A stretch of 64,000 nt of DNA from Candidatus Heimdallarchaeota archaeon (GCA_016840095.1 JAEOSZ010000095.1:32001-96000), one strand, 5' to 3'; positions 1 through 10,476 are shown, numbered from the stretch's first letter. Numbers and translations are program-made. Notes: a model not told the origin generated them from the letters alone.

Positions 1-326
1 CTAGGATTAAGAGAAGTAGATTTGAAGTAATAGTTTTCAGCTATTTCTGTCTGATTACGTATTCTATAAATCTCTCCCAGAAGCTCATATGCTTCCCAAA
101 AATCAGAGTCATCTGCAATAACACTACTCAGTTCAGTAACTGAATCATCGAATTTACCCATAAGATAGTAAACTTTGCCTTTGAGATATTTTAAACCAAT
201 ATCGGAATATTTTGTTATTGCTCTGTTAATAAAAGACAATGATTCCTCATATAGACCATTTTCGATTAAACTTTCAAGTAGTTCAATGTCATACTTTTTT
301 TTGTCCTCCCCTAATTCTGACCCCAA
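1..326 (-). CDS. TPR-repeat protein, N-terminal part (runs off the left edge; not in ORF track)
   Basis: Read by hand: TTG at 326 after a GGTGG RBS (331-335). Open frame LGSELGEDKKKYDIELLESLIENGLYEESLSFINRAITKY...YLKGKVYYLMGKFDDSV...WEAYELLGEIYRIRNQTEIAENYYFKSTSLNP fits the TPR consensus. Confidence 0.8.
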   Translation of the reverse strand, partial: MGSELGEDKKKYDIELLESLIENGLYEESLSFINRAITKYSDIGLKYLKGKVYYLMGKFDDSVTELSSVIADDSDFWEAYELLGEIYRIRNQTEIAENYYFKSTSLNP

Positions 327-400
327 GGAACCACCTTGAATGTATAAGCATCTCAATTTAAAAAACTTTTCAGTAGTTTTCAGAAACAGATTATCACGAG

Positions 401-2005
401 TTAGATGTTTTTTCTGTTGATTAGTTCTCGCTTTAAAACCTTACCAGCTGCACTGAGAGGTAATGAATCTATGAATTCAAAGGATTTTGGAATTTTATAT
501 TTTGTCATTGACTGTTTCAAACAGAACTCTTTCATTTCTTTCTCAGTAATTTTGTATCCTTCCTTTACAACTATGAAAGCTTTGCCTACCTCTCCAAAAT
601 AATCGTCAGGAACAGGTATAACTGCTGCAAGAGATACTCCTGGGTGTTTGTAAAGATCTTCTTCAACTTCTCTGGGGTAAACATTCAATCCACCTGAGTT
701 AATGATGTCTTTAGACCTATCAACAATGAAGTAATAGTCTTCAGAATCTTTACGTGCAAGATCTCCAGTTTTCAACCATCCATCAGAAGTGAAAACATTC
801 GATGATTCTAATCCTTTTCCTAAATATCCTTTCATAACTTGGGGACCTAGAATGAGTATCTCTCCAATTTCTCCCTCATTAACTTCTGCAAGAGTTTCTG
901 GATCAACTAGTTTTGCATGTGTATCAGTCAAAGGTTTTCCAATAGAGTTAACAATAGCCTTTCCATATGGGTTAATGTGAGTAACGGGAGAGCATTCTGT
1001 TAAACCATATCCCTCAGTAATAGCAATGGAAGTCTTTTGCTGAAATTCCTCATGAATTTCTTTTGGTAAAGCTGAACCTCCTGAAACACAAACTTTCAAA
1101 CTCTCAAGGTTATATTTTTCTATCTTTGAACGAAGTAGAGCAATATACATTGTTGGGACACCATAAAAGGAAGTGGCATGTAATTCTTCCATAAGTTCAA
1201 GTAAACTTTCAGGTTCAAATTTGGGGATTATAACAATCATCTCACTACGGAAAAGAGGAGCTAGAAAACTGCATTGCAAACCAAAACTGTGACACATAGG
1301 AAGAGCTGAAACTACACAACCAGTAAATTCAGAAGGGATTTCCTTAGCCCATTCATTGAACTGAAGAGCATTTGCTAGAACATTGGCATGCGTTAGCATC
1401 ACAGCCTTAGCGGTTCCAGTTGTACCTCCTGTATAGAGGAGGAAAGCTAAGTCAGAACTTTTACTTCGTATATCTGTTAATCTTTCCTTTTTTTCAAGAA
1501 TACTTGATAAGAATACTAGCTCACAATTTTGGTTTTGAGTAATTTTTTCTATATCCTTTGGACTATCTACTAAGATTTTTGCTTTAAACTGATATTGACT
1601 TACAATTTCTGCTATTTTGTCACATAAATCTGTATTAGTTATCAACACTTTTGATTCAGAATCTCTAAGTTGGAAAGAAATATCTTTTTGAGATAATCTT
1701 GGATTTATTAGAGTTACCTTTGCGCCTACCTGAAATGATGCAAATATAGAAGTTACAAGGCCAATTGAGTTTGGTAAAAGAATTGCAATAGTTTCATTTT
1801 TCTCAATTGTATTTGCATCTAGGAAATATGCTAATTTATTGGTCATTTCGATTATTTCTTTTGCTTTGTAATCTCTTGATTCTTCTTTGAAAAGAATACT
1901 ATTTTCATCTGATTTTTCAATAATTTCCAAGAAGTACTCGTAAACTGATTTGTTTGGATACTTTATTCTACTTGGAAACATATCCTTCCAGCTTGATTCA
2001 CTCAT
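401..2005 (-). CDS. fadD: Long-chain fatty acid-CoA ligase (AMP-binding family)
   Basis: YTGGTTGTAK P-loop, EGYGLTE, GWLKTGD, DRSKDII and C-terminal GKVLKR motifs. Confidence 0.9.
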   Translation of the reverse strand: MSESSWKDMFPSRIKYPNKSVYEYFLEIIEKSDENSILFKEESRDYKAKEIIEMTNKLAYFLDANTIEKNETIAILLPNSIGLVTSIFASFQVGAKVTLINPRLSQKDISFQLRDSESKVLITNTDLCDKIAEIVSQYQFKAKILVDSPKDIEKITQNQNCELVFLSSILEKKERLTDIRSKSSDLAFLLYTGGTTGTAKAVMLTHANVLANALQFNEWAKEIPSEFTGCVVSALPMCHSFGLQCSFLAPLFRSEMIVIIPKFEPESLLELMEELHATSFYGVPTMYIALLRSKIEKYNLESLKVCVSGGSALPKEIHEEFQQKTSIAITEGYGLTECSPVTHINPYGKAIVNSIGKPLTDTHAKLVDPETLAEVNEGEIGEILILGPQVMKGYLGKGLESSNVFTSDGWLKTGDLARKDSEDYYFIVDRSKDIINSGGLNVYPREVEEDLYKHPGVSLAAVIPVPDDYFGEVGKAFIVVKEGYKITEKEMKEFCLKQSMTKYKIPKSFEFIDSLPLSAAGKVLKRELINRKNI

Positions 2006-2093
2006 TTATAGCCACTAAACCACTTCTTGTAGGTCCATTAATGAACTTTGTTGCTTGTAACTTATTTTTTCTCATTTTTGGTAAAAGAAAACG

Positions 2094-4892
2094 TTGATAA
2101 ACAAACCTTTCGACACTCATATGTTAGAAGGTTCTTGTAAAATGTCTCCTAAAAGTCGCAATACTGTGAAGAAGGAAAAACTGGAAAGTGATAATAATGA
2201 AGAGCTTTCTAAGATTGCTTCCAAATTCAATGTTACTTTTGAGAATAACAAAGAGGTACTTGTTACGAATTTAGCTTTGAAGGGACAAGAAGCTCTTAAC
2301 AAAGATCAGATTGATGTTGCTCAAGAAATATGTGAAATTCTTTATGGTCTCTCTAAGAGGTGGAAGGATGATTTTATCAAAGTGAAAACTTTGCTTCTAA
2401 ATGCTCAAATTGCAAACTACAAGGGAGAATCACAACTACACCTTCTAGAAAGTGCTCTAGCTTTAGCAAAGAAAATTAAGTTTATTGATATTGAAATAGG
2501 TATAAGAGTTCAATTAGCTTATGAATACTACAGAAAACGTTTTTACAAACAAGTTCTAAAGCAAATTAAGAAAATAAAAAAATACCCAAACTTTTTCTCT
2601 GACAATGCAACAATCATTCTCGAGCTCCAATCTAGAACATATTGGGAGACTGACGAATATGTTAAAGGATTCGATTCTACTCTCAAATGGTTTGAAATAC
2701 TTAGGAAATCTCTAAATGATATTCATTCTCTATTTTTGGTGGTTGTTTACCTTCTTACAGTGATGAATTCCCTAGAACTCCCATATTCAAAGGAGAAGAA
2801 AGTAGAAATCAAGAATGATATTGCAGAACTTCTAATGAATCTGGGATCTGCTACTCATGTTTTTCCAGAAATTCTAGAAAACTTGGATGTTCTCTTTGCA
2901 AAATCTCTAATGCTTGTTGAACCTGAAACATTATACCAATTTGCAGACTTATTATTACAGACTTCAAGATGGAATGATGAAGAGAAATATCTCTTCTTGT
3001 GTCAAAAATTATCTGATGCATTTTACAATATTAACGATTTTGAAAAATCAAAAAAACTAATGCTAAATGCTCAAAAATATGCGAAAGAGAAAAAGTATAC
3101 ACAAATTGAATCCTTAATTAAATACAAAATGACTGAAATTACAAGTCTAATTTTCTATTTCATGTCATTTGATCCTTTATTTGATCCATTTAGTGCTGAA
3201 TCGATTAAAATTTCATCAAAAGATATTGATAAGGAGTTATTTCTACAAATAGTTAATCCCAAAGCGAACAATTTCCCAACAACATCTTATTCCCAGTTTC
3301 TCAGGATTATCGATAAAGCTTCTTACAGCTATATTCATGAGAATGCACTAAAGATTGAAGGATTCAGTGTTGAAGATGAACGAAGTTTCTTTGTACTTGA
3401 TTTAGAAATAGCTGAAGATAAAATTGTGCTACTTATGAAGGAAGAATTCAAAGTAGATCCAACAGAATATCAAACTTTACATTCAACCTTAACTCCTTAT
3501 TATAGCGTAATTGGCATTTTATCCGCTGAAAAAAAACCAACAATGGATGAAATAGATGACATAGAAGAAGTATTACTGAAAGTTCAAAGATCAATTAACT
3601 GCCCTGCTGCTAAAGCGATTATATATCTTCCCGAAAAAAAACCTCAATTAAATCTTTTCAAATTCTATCTACAAAAAGGCGGATTTAGAGATTTGAAGGT
3701 TAAAATCATAGATTCAGTTCAAAAATTCCAAAAAAAGTATGATTTTCTAAAAACACCCGATATTTTACAAATCTTCCAAGCTGATCCGATAACTATATTT
3801 GATTTATCTTTAAGAGATACTGAACAATTAAAATCACTAACAAATCTTATTAATCATGCATATGGAGTAAACATTTCTTCCAATACTCTCTTTAATTTCT
3901 TTGAAGATTTAATTGATGATTTCCTGAGCAGAAGTGATACTAGATTCTGGAAAGATTTTTACTTCCAATATTCTTGGTTACAAACTAAAGGGATATATCT
4001 TTCTTTATCAAATGAATTCATTGATAAGAAAGAAAAAATATGTGAGAAATTGGTTGTAATAGCTAATAATCTTGAAGAAGAAGAGAAAATTCTTGAAAGT
4101 TTATATTATAGAACATTCTTAGGATTAGTTTCGAACAATAGTGGTTTTAGTAATGATTTACTTAACTTGAAAACTCAAGCAAAAGAATATAAGAATACTA
4201 AATTCATTCTAGTTTCAGACATTTTTCAGCTAATAGACAAAAAAGAATTAGATAAGCAGGAAAATTTGATTCAAACACTGAATTTGTTTTGCGAATTATG
4301 TGAATTCAAAGACTGGGATATCTTGTTAGAGTTGTTTATTTACCTTCTAAAGGAGTTAAAAGAGATAAAACCATTGTTTGAAATGTGCAAGGAAAGAGAA
4401 GTTAAGGATAGTGGATTATATCTTTACTTACATTTAGTAAAACATCTAATAAAAATACAAAGATATGAGTCTTCAATGGATCTTCTACATTGGGTTTTAG
4501 ATACAATTAAGATTCGAAAGGATAAGTTTCATTACTCAGAACATATTTGGGACTTCATGTTTGTGACAGCAAATATGTACATGCATTCGCTAATTGATGT
4601 TGTTTCAGCTGAACTATTAGAAAAATTCGAAGTAAATCGAAGTGAAATCAACCAGAATTTGCTCGATATGAATGAATGGATTACAGATCCTCTCTTTCTT
4701 GTTGAACTTTTGAATGATAGAATTTCCGAATTACTCGATCAAACAGATTTTGCTCAAGCAGAGAAATTTTATCACTGGGTTGAGCAGTTGATGTTCTATT
4801 ATTGGGACATTTTTACTAGTGAAGACAATAAAGAATTATTGACCTCAGTTAATGAAATTAAGAAGCGAATCGAAAGCCAACATTTTATTTAA
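2094..4892 (+). CDS. Large alpha-solenoid/TPR-like hypothetical protein (start may be ATG 2142)
   Basis: 932-aa ORF with amphipathic helical repeats at both ends and a central alpha/beta segment. Confidence 0.6.
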   Translation: MINKPFDTHMLEGSCKMSPKSRNTVKKEKLESDNNEELSKIASKFNVTFENNKEVLVTNLALKGQEALNKDQIDVAQEICEILYGLSKRWKDDFIKVKTLLLNAQIANYKGESQLHLLESALALAKKIKFIDIEIGIRVQLAYEYYRKRFYKQVLKQIKKIKKYPNFFSDNATIILELQSRTYWETDEYVKGFDSTLKWFEILRKSLNDIHSLFLVVVYLLTVMNSLELPYSKEKKVEIKNDIAELLMNLGSATHVFPEILENLDVLFAKSLMLVEPETLYQFADLLLQTSRWNDEEKYLFLCQKLSDAFYNINDFEKSKKLMLNAQKYAKEKKYTQIESLIKYKMTEITSLIFYFMSFDPLFDPFSAESIKISSKDIDKELFLQIVNPKANNFPTTSYSQFLRIIDKASYSYIHENALKIEGFSVEDERSFFVLDLEIAEDKIVLLMKEEFKVDPTEYQTLHSTLTPYYSVIGILSAEKKPTMDEIDDIEEVLLKVQRSINCPAAKAIIYLPEKKPQLNLFKFYLQKGGFRDLKVKIIDSVQKFQKKYDFLKTPDILQIFQADPITIFDLSLRDTEQLKSLTNLINHAYGVNISSNTLFNFFEDLIDDFLSRSDTRFWKDFYFQYSWLQTKGIYLSLSNEFIDKKEKICEKLVVIANNLEEEEKILESLYYRTFLGLVSNNSGFSNDLLNLKTQAKEYKNTKFILVSDIFQLIDKKELDKQENLIQTLNLFCELCEFKDWDILLELFIYLLKELKEIKPLFEMCKEREVKDSGLYLYLHLVKHLIKIQRYESSMDLLHWVLDTIKIRKDKFHYSEHIWDFMFVTANMYMHSLIDVVSAELLEKFEVNRSEINQNLLDMNEWITDPLFLVELLNDRISELLDQTDFAQAEKFYHWVEQLMFYYWDIFTSEDNKELLTSVNEIKKRIESQHFI

Positions 4893-5152
4893 TAAAGAAA
4901 CTGTTGAATAATTAAATTTACATTATTTCTTTTATGTAAGGGTGTAAACAAAATAGCATTACAGTACCTATACAGATTTTTTTATCTTTATAAACAGTTT
5001 TGGTATTATTGCTTTACAAGCCTTCTAACTACAAAATTATGTGGGTTTTCTTACTGTAATCCATAAAAATCTTTATGAATGATGGTAAGATAAAATGTGT
5101 GTAATATAAATAATTCAAAAATAGTTCCATATCTGTACTTGGTGTCAAATTC

Positions 5153-7723
5153 ATGTCTTCTGAACACGATATAGCTATAATTTCTGTGGGATACAGGAAC
5201 AGTCCTTTCACAGAAGAAATCCTAAAAACTGACATAATTCCCTATTCCATTATAGCTAACAACTCAAGTGATTTTCAAATTCATCACGCTGATCCCTCTA
5301 AAATTCTCTTCTATAGCCTTGAATTTACTAAGATAATTGAAACTATAGCTAAGAAGAGTATGGATTCATTAGCTGTTTTTGAAACACTAGGACAATTTTT
5401 TGAGTTTTACAATCCTTTACATCTTTCAACTCTTAACTACTTAATTTCAAAATATGCTACTAGTATAAAACCTGAAAACAAAGATTACATGCAAGCATGG
5501 AAAAATATCTCGGAAGCAATTTTTGAAGAAGAATTCATCTATCCATTATTTCAAGAAAGCAGAATCTTACACATTAAAGAAGGGGAAGTGGAAATTCCAG
5601 TTCGACAATTCCTGATGTCTTCAGAAATTGAGAAGAAGAAAGATAGTTCAAAGAATAACAACAAGGCTTTGAATCAAGTTCTTGAAGAAATTACTGGGAT
5701 TATAGATCTTGAAGAAGCTAGTAAGATGAAACTTTGCACTATTGCTATGAAGAAGATTACATCAGCTTCTGCTGTAGTGATAGTTCCCACAGACATTGTT
5801 TCTTTATTTATCCTTTTCAGTTCCAATCATTTTAAAGAAACTTTACAGAAAACTAATGGTGAGATTGCTATTATATCTCCTTTCTGGCCTGGTAATGAGT
5901 TAAATCAAGTTGAGAAAACTATACTTCAAAAAACAGAATTTGAGGCTAATCTTACCAACCTAGTAAAATTGGTAAAAGATTGTGTGGATGCTGTTATTAT
6001 TGATACTAAGAATAGTGATTTAGTTCCAACACTTAGAGAGGAAGGAATTACAGTTTTAGTAGAGGAACTTACACCCGAGAACCAAGCAACTCAAGAATTC
6101 TTAGAAACTGTATTAAAAAGCATAGACATTTCATTAGATTCTATAGCTGTAGAACCTCAAGGTTTGATTGAAGGTTTAGGAGAAAAACTTGTTAATTTGT
6201 TCAGAGTTCGAGAACCTAAACAAGAAAAAGAAGTAAAGGAAGAAAGTACAGTTCAAACACTTGAAATGTCAGTTAGTGAAGAAGATAAGGAACTTATCGA
6301 ATCCATTTTTGAAGAAGATATAGAAGTAGAGGAGCCTAAGGTTGAAACAGAAGTATCAAAAACTTCAAAGGAAGAGGAAACACTTACAGATGAGTTTGAA
6401 ATGGAAGTAATTGATACTGAAGATACCATTCAAACAATACCAGTTCCACCACCCAAAAATGGAATAACTGAAACCGATTTCTATTATCCAAAAGCTGATG
6501 GTCAATTTGCTTTACCTGGAATAGAACAAATAACTCAATTTGAGCTAGAGGAATTGGAATCCTTAGATGTGGACGAACACATAATAAATTCATTTATTGA
6601 AAGAGCAATGACTAGTAATGCAACTGGATTAGAAGTTGTTTTCTCTGATTTATTGTCTTTACAGAATAATCCTTTATTGATAGAGAAAATTTACCAAATG
6701 ATACTGAAGAGATTAATAAAAATTCGTGAGTTTAATCCTGAAGTTAAAATTGCAGATATGGTAACCTATCTTTCAGCTCATAAACCTGAATTTTACCATG
6801 AAAAACTAGAAGAATTACTAGAAGAAACACTTCATTCTGAAGAAGATAAATCATTCAATCAAAACCTAAAAACTTCAACACTTGTTGTTAAGAGCTCTTT
6901 GCTCATTGCTAGAGAAATAATTGAAAATTTCTTAAGGAAAAATATCACTAATGAAGACATCTATATTGAAGATAGATTAAAACGAATGATTAGTACCTTT
7001 GGAGGTTCTAATATTGATTTGTTACATCTTCTTTGTAGAATTCTTGTTAACATTTATGAAATTGAATTAGAAAAAGAAGAACCGAATGTAAGTGTAATCC
7101 AAAAGATTATTTCTTTCCTTACTTTATTTGATGGACTTAGTGTTTCAATGACACTTGTTACGTTAGGATCAGATACCGTATTAGAATCCATTTCGAATGC
7201 AATAAATGAAATGGTTTTGAACAATTCATTTAAGAAAATAATAACTGATGTTTTGACTGTTTTCAACGAAGGAACTTATGAAGATTTGGTTAAAGCTTTT
7301 CATGGAAGAAAATTACCAGAAAATCTTGAATTTGAAATGATGAAAAGAAAATATATCTCAAGTCTGTCCAAGGTTGGATCTATACCATTAGACTTGTTTG
7401 CAGAAAGAATTGGTATGTCTGTTGATAATGCTGAAAAACTCATCTATGACATGATTTTGAAGGAGGAAATTCCTGCTAGAATTGAATTAGTTAGTGGAAG
7501 ACTCTATATCGTTCAAGAACATGAAGAAGTAGAAGTTGTTATGGAAGAAGCAACAGAAGAAGAATCCATAGAGATTATTGAAAACCAAAAAGAAATCCAA
7601 GAAGAGCCAGATAAACCTGAAGTAGAAGAAGTTTTAGAAGACTTTGTTTGTACTCAATGTCAAAGGTCCTTTAAGACAGAAAGAGGACTGAAGATGCACA
7701 CTACTAAGGCTCATAAGGAATAG
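5153..7723 (+). CDS. Fusion of a degenerate CofD/YvcK-like domain, acidic linker, helical repeats, PCI-like winged helix and C2H2 zinc finger
   Basis: N-terminal IAIISVG..YSIIANNSSD..IYPL..AVVIVPTD..IAIISPF..VDAVIID follows the CofD pattern. SIPLDLFAERIGMSVDNAEKLIYDMILKEEIPARIELVSGRLYI is PCI-like. CTQCQRSFKTERGLKMHTTKAH is a C2H2 finger. Confidence 0.75.
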   Translation: MSSEHDIAIISVGYRNSPFTEEILKTDIIPYSIIANNSSDFQIHHADPSKILFYSLEFTKIIETIAKKSMDSLAVFETLGQFFEFYNPLHLSTLNYLISKYATSIKPENKDYMQAWKNISEAIFEEEFIYPLFQESRILHIKEGEVEIPVRQFLMSSEIEKKKDSSKNNNKALNQVLEEITGIIDLEEASKMKLCTIAMKKITSASAVVIVPTDIVSLFILFSSNHFKETLQKTNGEIAIISPFWPGNELNQVEKTILQKTEFEANLTNLVKLVKDCVDAVIIDTKNSDLVPTLREEGITVLVEELTPENQATQEFLETVLKSIDISLDSIAVEPQGLIEGLGEKLVNLFRVREPKQEKEVKEESTVQTLEMSVSEEDKELIESIFEEDIEVEEPKVETEVSKTSKEEETLTDEFEMEVIDTEDTIQTIPVPPPKNGITETDFYYPKADGQFALPGIEQITQFELEELESLDVDEHIINSFIERAMTSNATGLEVVFSDLLSLQNNPLLIEKIYQMILKRLIKIREFNPEVKIADMVTYLSAHKPEFYHEKLEELLEETLHSEEDKSFNQNLKTSTLVVKSSLLIAREIIENFLRKNITNEDIYIEDRLKRMISTFGGSNIDLLHLLCRILVNIYEIELEKEEPNVSVIQKIISFLTLFDGLSVSMTLVTLGSDTVLESISNAINEMVLNNSFKKIITDVLTVFNEGTYEDLVKAFHGRKLPENLEFEMMKRKYISSLSKVGSIPLDLFAERIGMSVDNAEKLIYDMILKEEIPARIELVSGRLYIVQEHEEVEVVMEEATEEESIEIIENQKEIQEEPDKPEVEEVLEDFVCTQCQRSFKTERGLKMHTTKAHKE

Positions 7724-7784
7724 TATTTCCTAGACTAACGCATTTTTAAGATAGACTTTTTTATCTGTAAAAATTTAGTTATTT

Positions 7785-8321
7785 ATGAGGAAATTTCAGA
7801 TTGCAGTAGTTGGTTCAGGGACAATTCCAGACAATTCTGAAGAATATCAATTGGCAAAAAATCTTGGTAAATGTTTAGCTGATAATGATTTCATAATTCT
7901 ATGTGGAGGATTAGGAGGGGCTATGAAAGCTGTTTGTGAAGGAGTAAAGGAATCTGAGCATTATGTTTATGGGCAGACGATAGGTATCCTTCCTGAGCTA
8001 GACAAATCTACTTCAAATGCTTTTGTTGATGTCCAAATAGCTACAGGTATGTCTAAGGCTAGAAACCAGATAATTATTGCTTCTGCTGATGCTGTAATAG
8101 CAATAAGTGGAGGTGCAGGTACATTATCCGAGCTCTCTTTTGCTTGGCAGTTGAAAAAGAAGATACTGGTTTTGGAAAATTCAGGAGGATGGTCTGAAAA
8201 GCTAGCAAATTCAAGAATAGATAATAGTAGAGATGACAAAATCATTGCAGTTTCTTCTGTGGATGAAGTGATAGATATTCTTGAGAAGATACTTGTCCTT
8301 AATGATATCAATAGACTTTAA
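7785..8321 (+). CDS. TIGR00725/LOG-family Rossmann-fold nucleotide-binding protein
   Basis: CGGLGGAMKAV, TGMSKARN and GGAGTLSEL motifs. Confidence 0.88.
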   Translation: MRKFQIAVVGSGTIPDNSEEYQLAKNLGKCLADNDFIILCGGLGGAMKAVCEGVKESEHYVYGQTIGILPELDKSTSNAFVDVQIATGMSKARNQIIIASADAVIAISGGAGTLSELSFAWQLKKKILVLENSGGWSEKLANSRIDNSRDDKIIAVSSVDEVIDILEKILVLNDINRL

Positions 8322-8329
8322 AGACTTGT

Positions 8330-9346
8330 GTGAGAATTGAGTTTATGCTTGTTTGCTTGTTCAGGTTAGAGGATGTAGGACCCAACTTAGTTGAAATGGT
8401 TCTAGACAAAAATGTTGAATTTGATCAAGATACAATTGATAAATTTACGTTCTCAGGAACTGTTACATACTCACTCGTTTTCCAAGGGATGGTGACATTA
8501 GATGATATGTCCTCAGAACTTTATGGGCCTTTTCCATTTGCTTTCTCTTCAGGTTTTGTTCAATATGCTTTTTCTTTTATTGCTGGGGATAAAACAATGA
8601 AGGATAAAAGGATGAAAGAAAAAACCTTTGGCTTGATAATAATGCTTGTACCAGAAATGGTATCTAAAATTGATGCATTCAGAGAAGAACTGGCAAAAGT
8701 TCTATTATATAAGTTTCACAAGGTTTACAAAATTAGTCAAGTTGATACAGCTTTTCTCAAAGACATAATCAATTCTTATAATGAAATCTTAAAGGACCTT
8801 CTAAGTTTTAAGCAAGCAGATTTATTATCTGAACAAATACTGGAATTTTTACAAGCAAAGAAGAAACCAGCAAAGAAACAACCAATAACAAAAATCGGTG
8901 TGATTTATCCTACGGAATTCACTAGTTTCATCAAAAATTACTATGCATCTTTGTTAGGTTCCTTACCTTATACTGAAACATCCTATTCTGAGGATATAGC
9001 AATTATTAGAACTGCAACACATGAGTTCAATTTCATGAATTATTTGAATGCAGATGAGAAATATGTGAATACACAGAGCGCATTGATTCTTCTAGCAGAT
9101 GTTAGAGGTAGGAAATATAATCCACTCTTTGAAATAATAGAAGGTCTAAAATCAAGACCAAAAATTGCAACTGTTGTTTCTCTTTACGAGGATATCGAAA
9201 AAGCTAGCACTGAATATGCTAAATTCTTTACAGGGCTACAAAGATATATTGGTGATCTTCCATTCTTTTCAGCGAGTTTTAATACAAATTATGAGTTTAA
9301 GACCAAAATGCTGGAAGCACTATTTTGGACATTATCCCCTGAATAA
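8330..9346 (+). CDS. Hypothetical: longin/uDENN-like N-domain plus degenerate GTPase-like C-domain; probable paralog of 33612..34676
   Basis: Shares LYGPFP / D-x-R / hydrophobic-strand pattern with 33612. The C-half has small-GTPase-like strand-helix order with no P-loop. Confidence 0.5.
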   Translation: MRIEFMLVCLFRLEDVGPNLVEMVLDKNVEFDQDTIDKFTFSGTVTYSLVFQGMVTLDDMSSELYGPFPFAFSSGFVQYAFSFIAGDKTMKDKRMKEKTFGLIIMLVPEMVSKIDAFREELAKVLLYKFHKVYKISQVDTAFLKDIINSYNEILKDLLSFKQADLLSEQILEFLQAKKKPAKKQPITKIGVIYPTEFTSFIKNYYASLLGSLPYTETSYSEDIAIIRTATHEFNFMNYLNADEKYVNTQSALILLADVRGRKYNPLFEIIEGLKSRPKIATVVSLYEDIEKASTEYAKFFTGLQRYIGDLPFFSASFNTNYEFKTKMLEALFWTLSPE

Positions 9347-9351
9347 AACAT

Positions 9352-10476
9352 TCATATTACCAATTTTTTGATTGATTTTTGCTTGATTATTTCTTCTTTT
9401 ATTTCTACACCCAATCCTGGTCCATTGCGAGGAAGAGAGAGAGTTCCATCAGAATTTAACTCAAAAATTGGTTCTATAATATAGTCTGTATAATATCTGG
9501 CACTTTCACTTATATCATTAGGAAGAGTAAAAGAACTTAAACAAGAAACTGCGACATTTTTTGCTCTACCTATTCCAGTCTCTAGCATCCCACCACACCA
9601 CAGTGGGATTTCTGTATCTAATGCTAGTTCATGGATTTTAAGAGTTTCAGAAATACCTCCAACACGAGCAGGTTTAACATTAATTATCCTTGTAGCATCT
9701 AGTTCTATGGCAACTCGTGCGTCATCAACGCTTTTAATCGATTCATCCAAACATATAGGGGTGGAGATTTTCTTTTGTAATTTAGCATGGTCAATAATAT
9801 CATAGTATTGAAGTGGTTGTTCTATCATCATTAAATCAAAACGATCCATTTTGACAAAGATATCTGCATCTTTGATTCTGTATGCTGAATTTGCATCAAC
9901 CATTAATTTAATTTCAGGAAAATGATCTCTTACTTGTTTGAGCACGTTATTATCCATTCCTGGTTCAATTTTTAGTTTTATTCTTTGATACTTCTTATCA
10001 AGTGCTTCTTCTATTTTTTTGACAAGAGTTGTAGTGTCATCTTGAATACCCAATGATATTCCAGCTGGAATTTTGATCTTTTCTCCTCCAATAAGTTCAC
10101 TGATTGACTTATTGGTTAATTTTCCATACAAATCCCATAATGCATCTTCTACACAAGCTTTTGACATTTGGTTACCTCGAATAGGTTTAACTAAGTTAGG
10201 AAACTCATTAGGATGCTCTAAATCAGTTTTCATCAACCAAGGACCAATATAATTTGTGATCAAATGTACACTAGAGTTTATTGTCTCTCCTGAATACCAT
10301 GGACCTTCACGTGCTACACACTCTCCCCATCCAGTTTTATCACCTGTTTTCAAACTAACTAGCAAAATAGTTGCATCTTGTTCAACACCAAAACTTGTTC
10401 GAAATGGATTCCTCAACTGCATCCTTGTTAAAAACAGATTAATACTATCGATCTTCATTGTTTCAAATCGACTCAT
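9352..10476 (-). CDS. menC: o-succinylbenzoate synthase / N-succinylamino acid racemase (NSAR/OSBS, enolase superfamily)
   Basis: PFRTSFG, KLK, MVDANSAY, IEQP, CLDES, INVK, WCGGMLE and DIS motifs. Confidence 0.9.
   Translation of the reverse strand: MSRFETMKIDSINLFLTRMQLRNPFRTSFGVEQDATILLVSLKTGDKTGWGECVAREGPWYSGETINSSVHLITNYIGPWLMKTDLEHPNEFPNLVKPIRGNQMSKACVEDALWDLYGKLTNKSISELIGGEKIKIPAGISLGIQDDTTTLVKKIEEALDKKYQRIKLKIEPGMDNNVLKQVRDHFPEIKLMVDANSAYRIKDADIFVKMDRFDLMMIEQPLQYYDIIDHAKLQKKISTPICLDESIKSVDDARVAIELDATRIINVKPARVGGISETLKIHELALDTEIPLWCGGMLETGIGRAKNVAVSCLSSFTLPNDISESARYYTDYIIEPIFELNSDGTLSLPRNGPGLGVEIKEEIIKQKSIKKLVI

Noticed and set aside
4893-5152. ncRNA in the 260-nt intergenic gap
   Set aside because: AT-rich with no convincing stems or box motifs.
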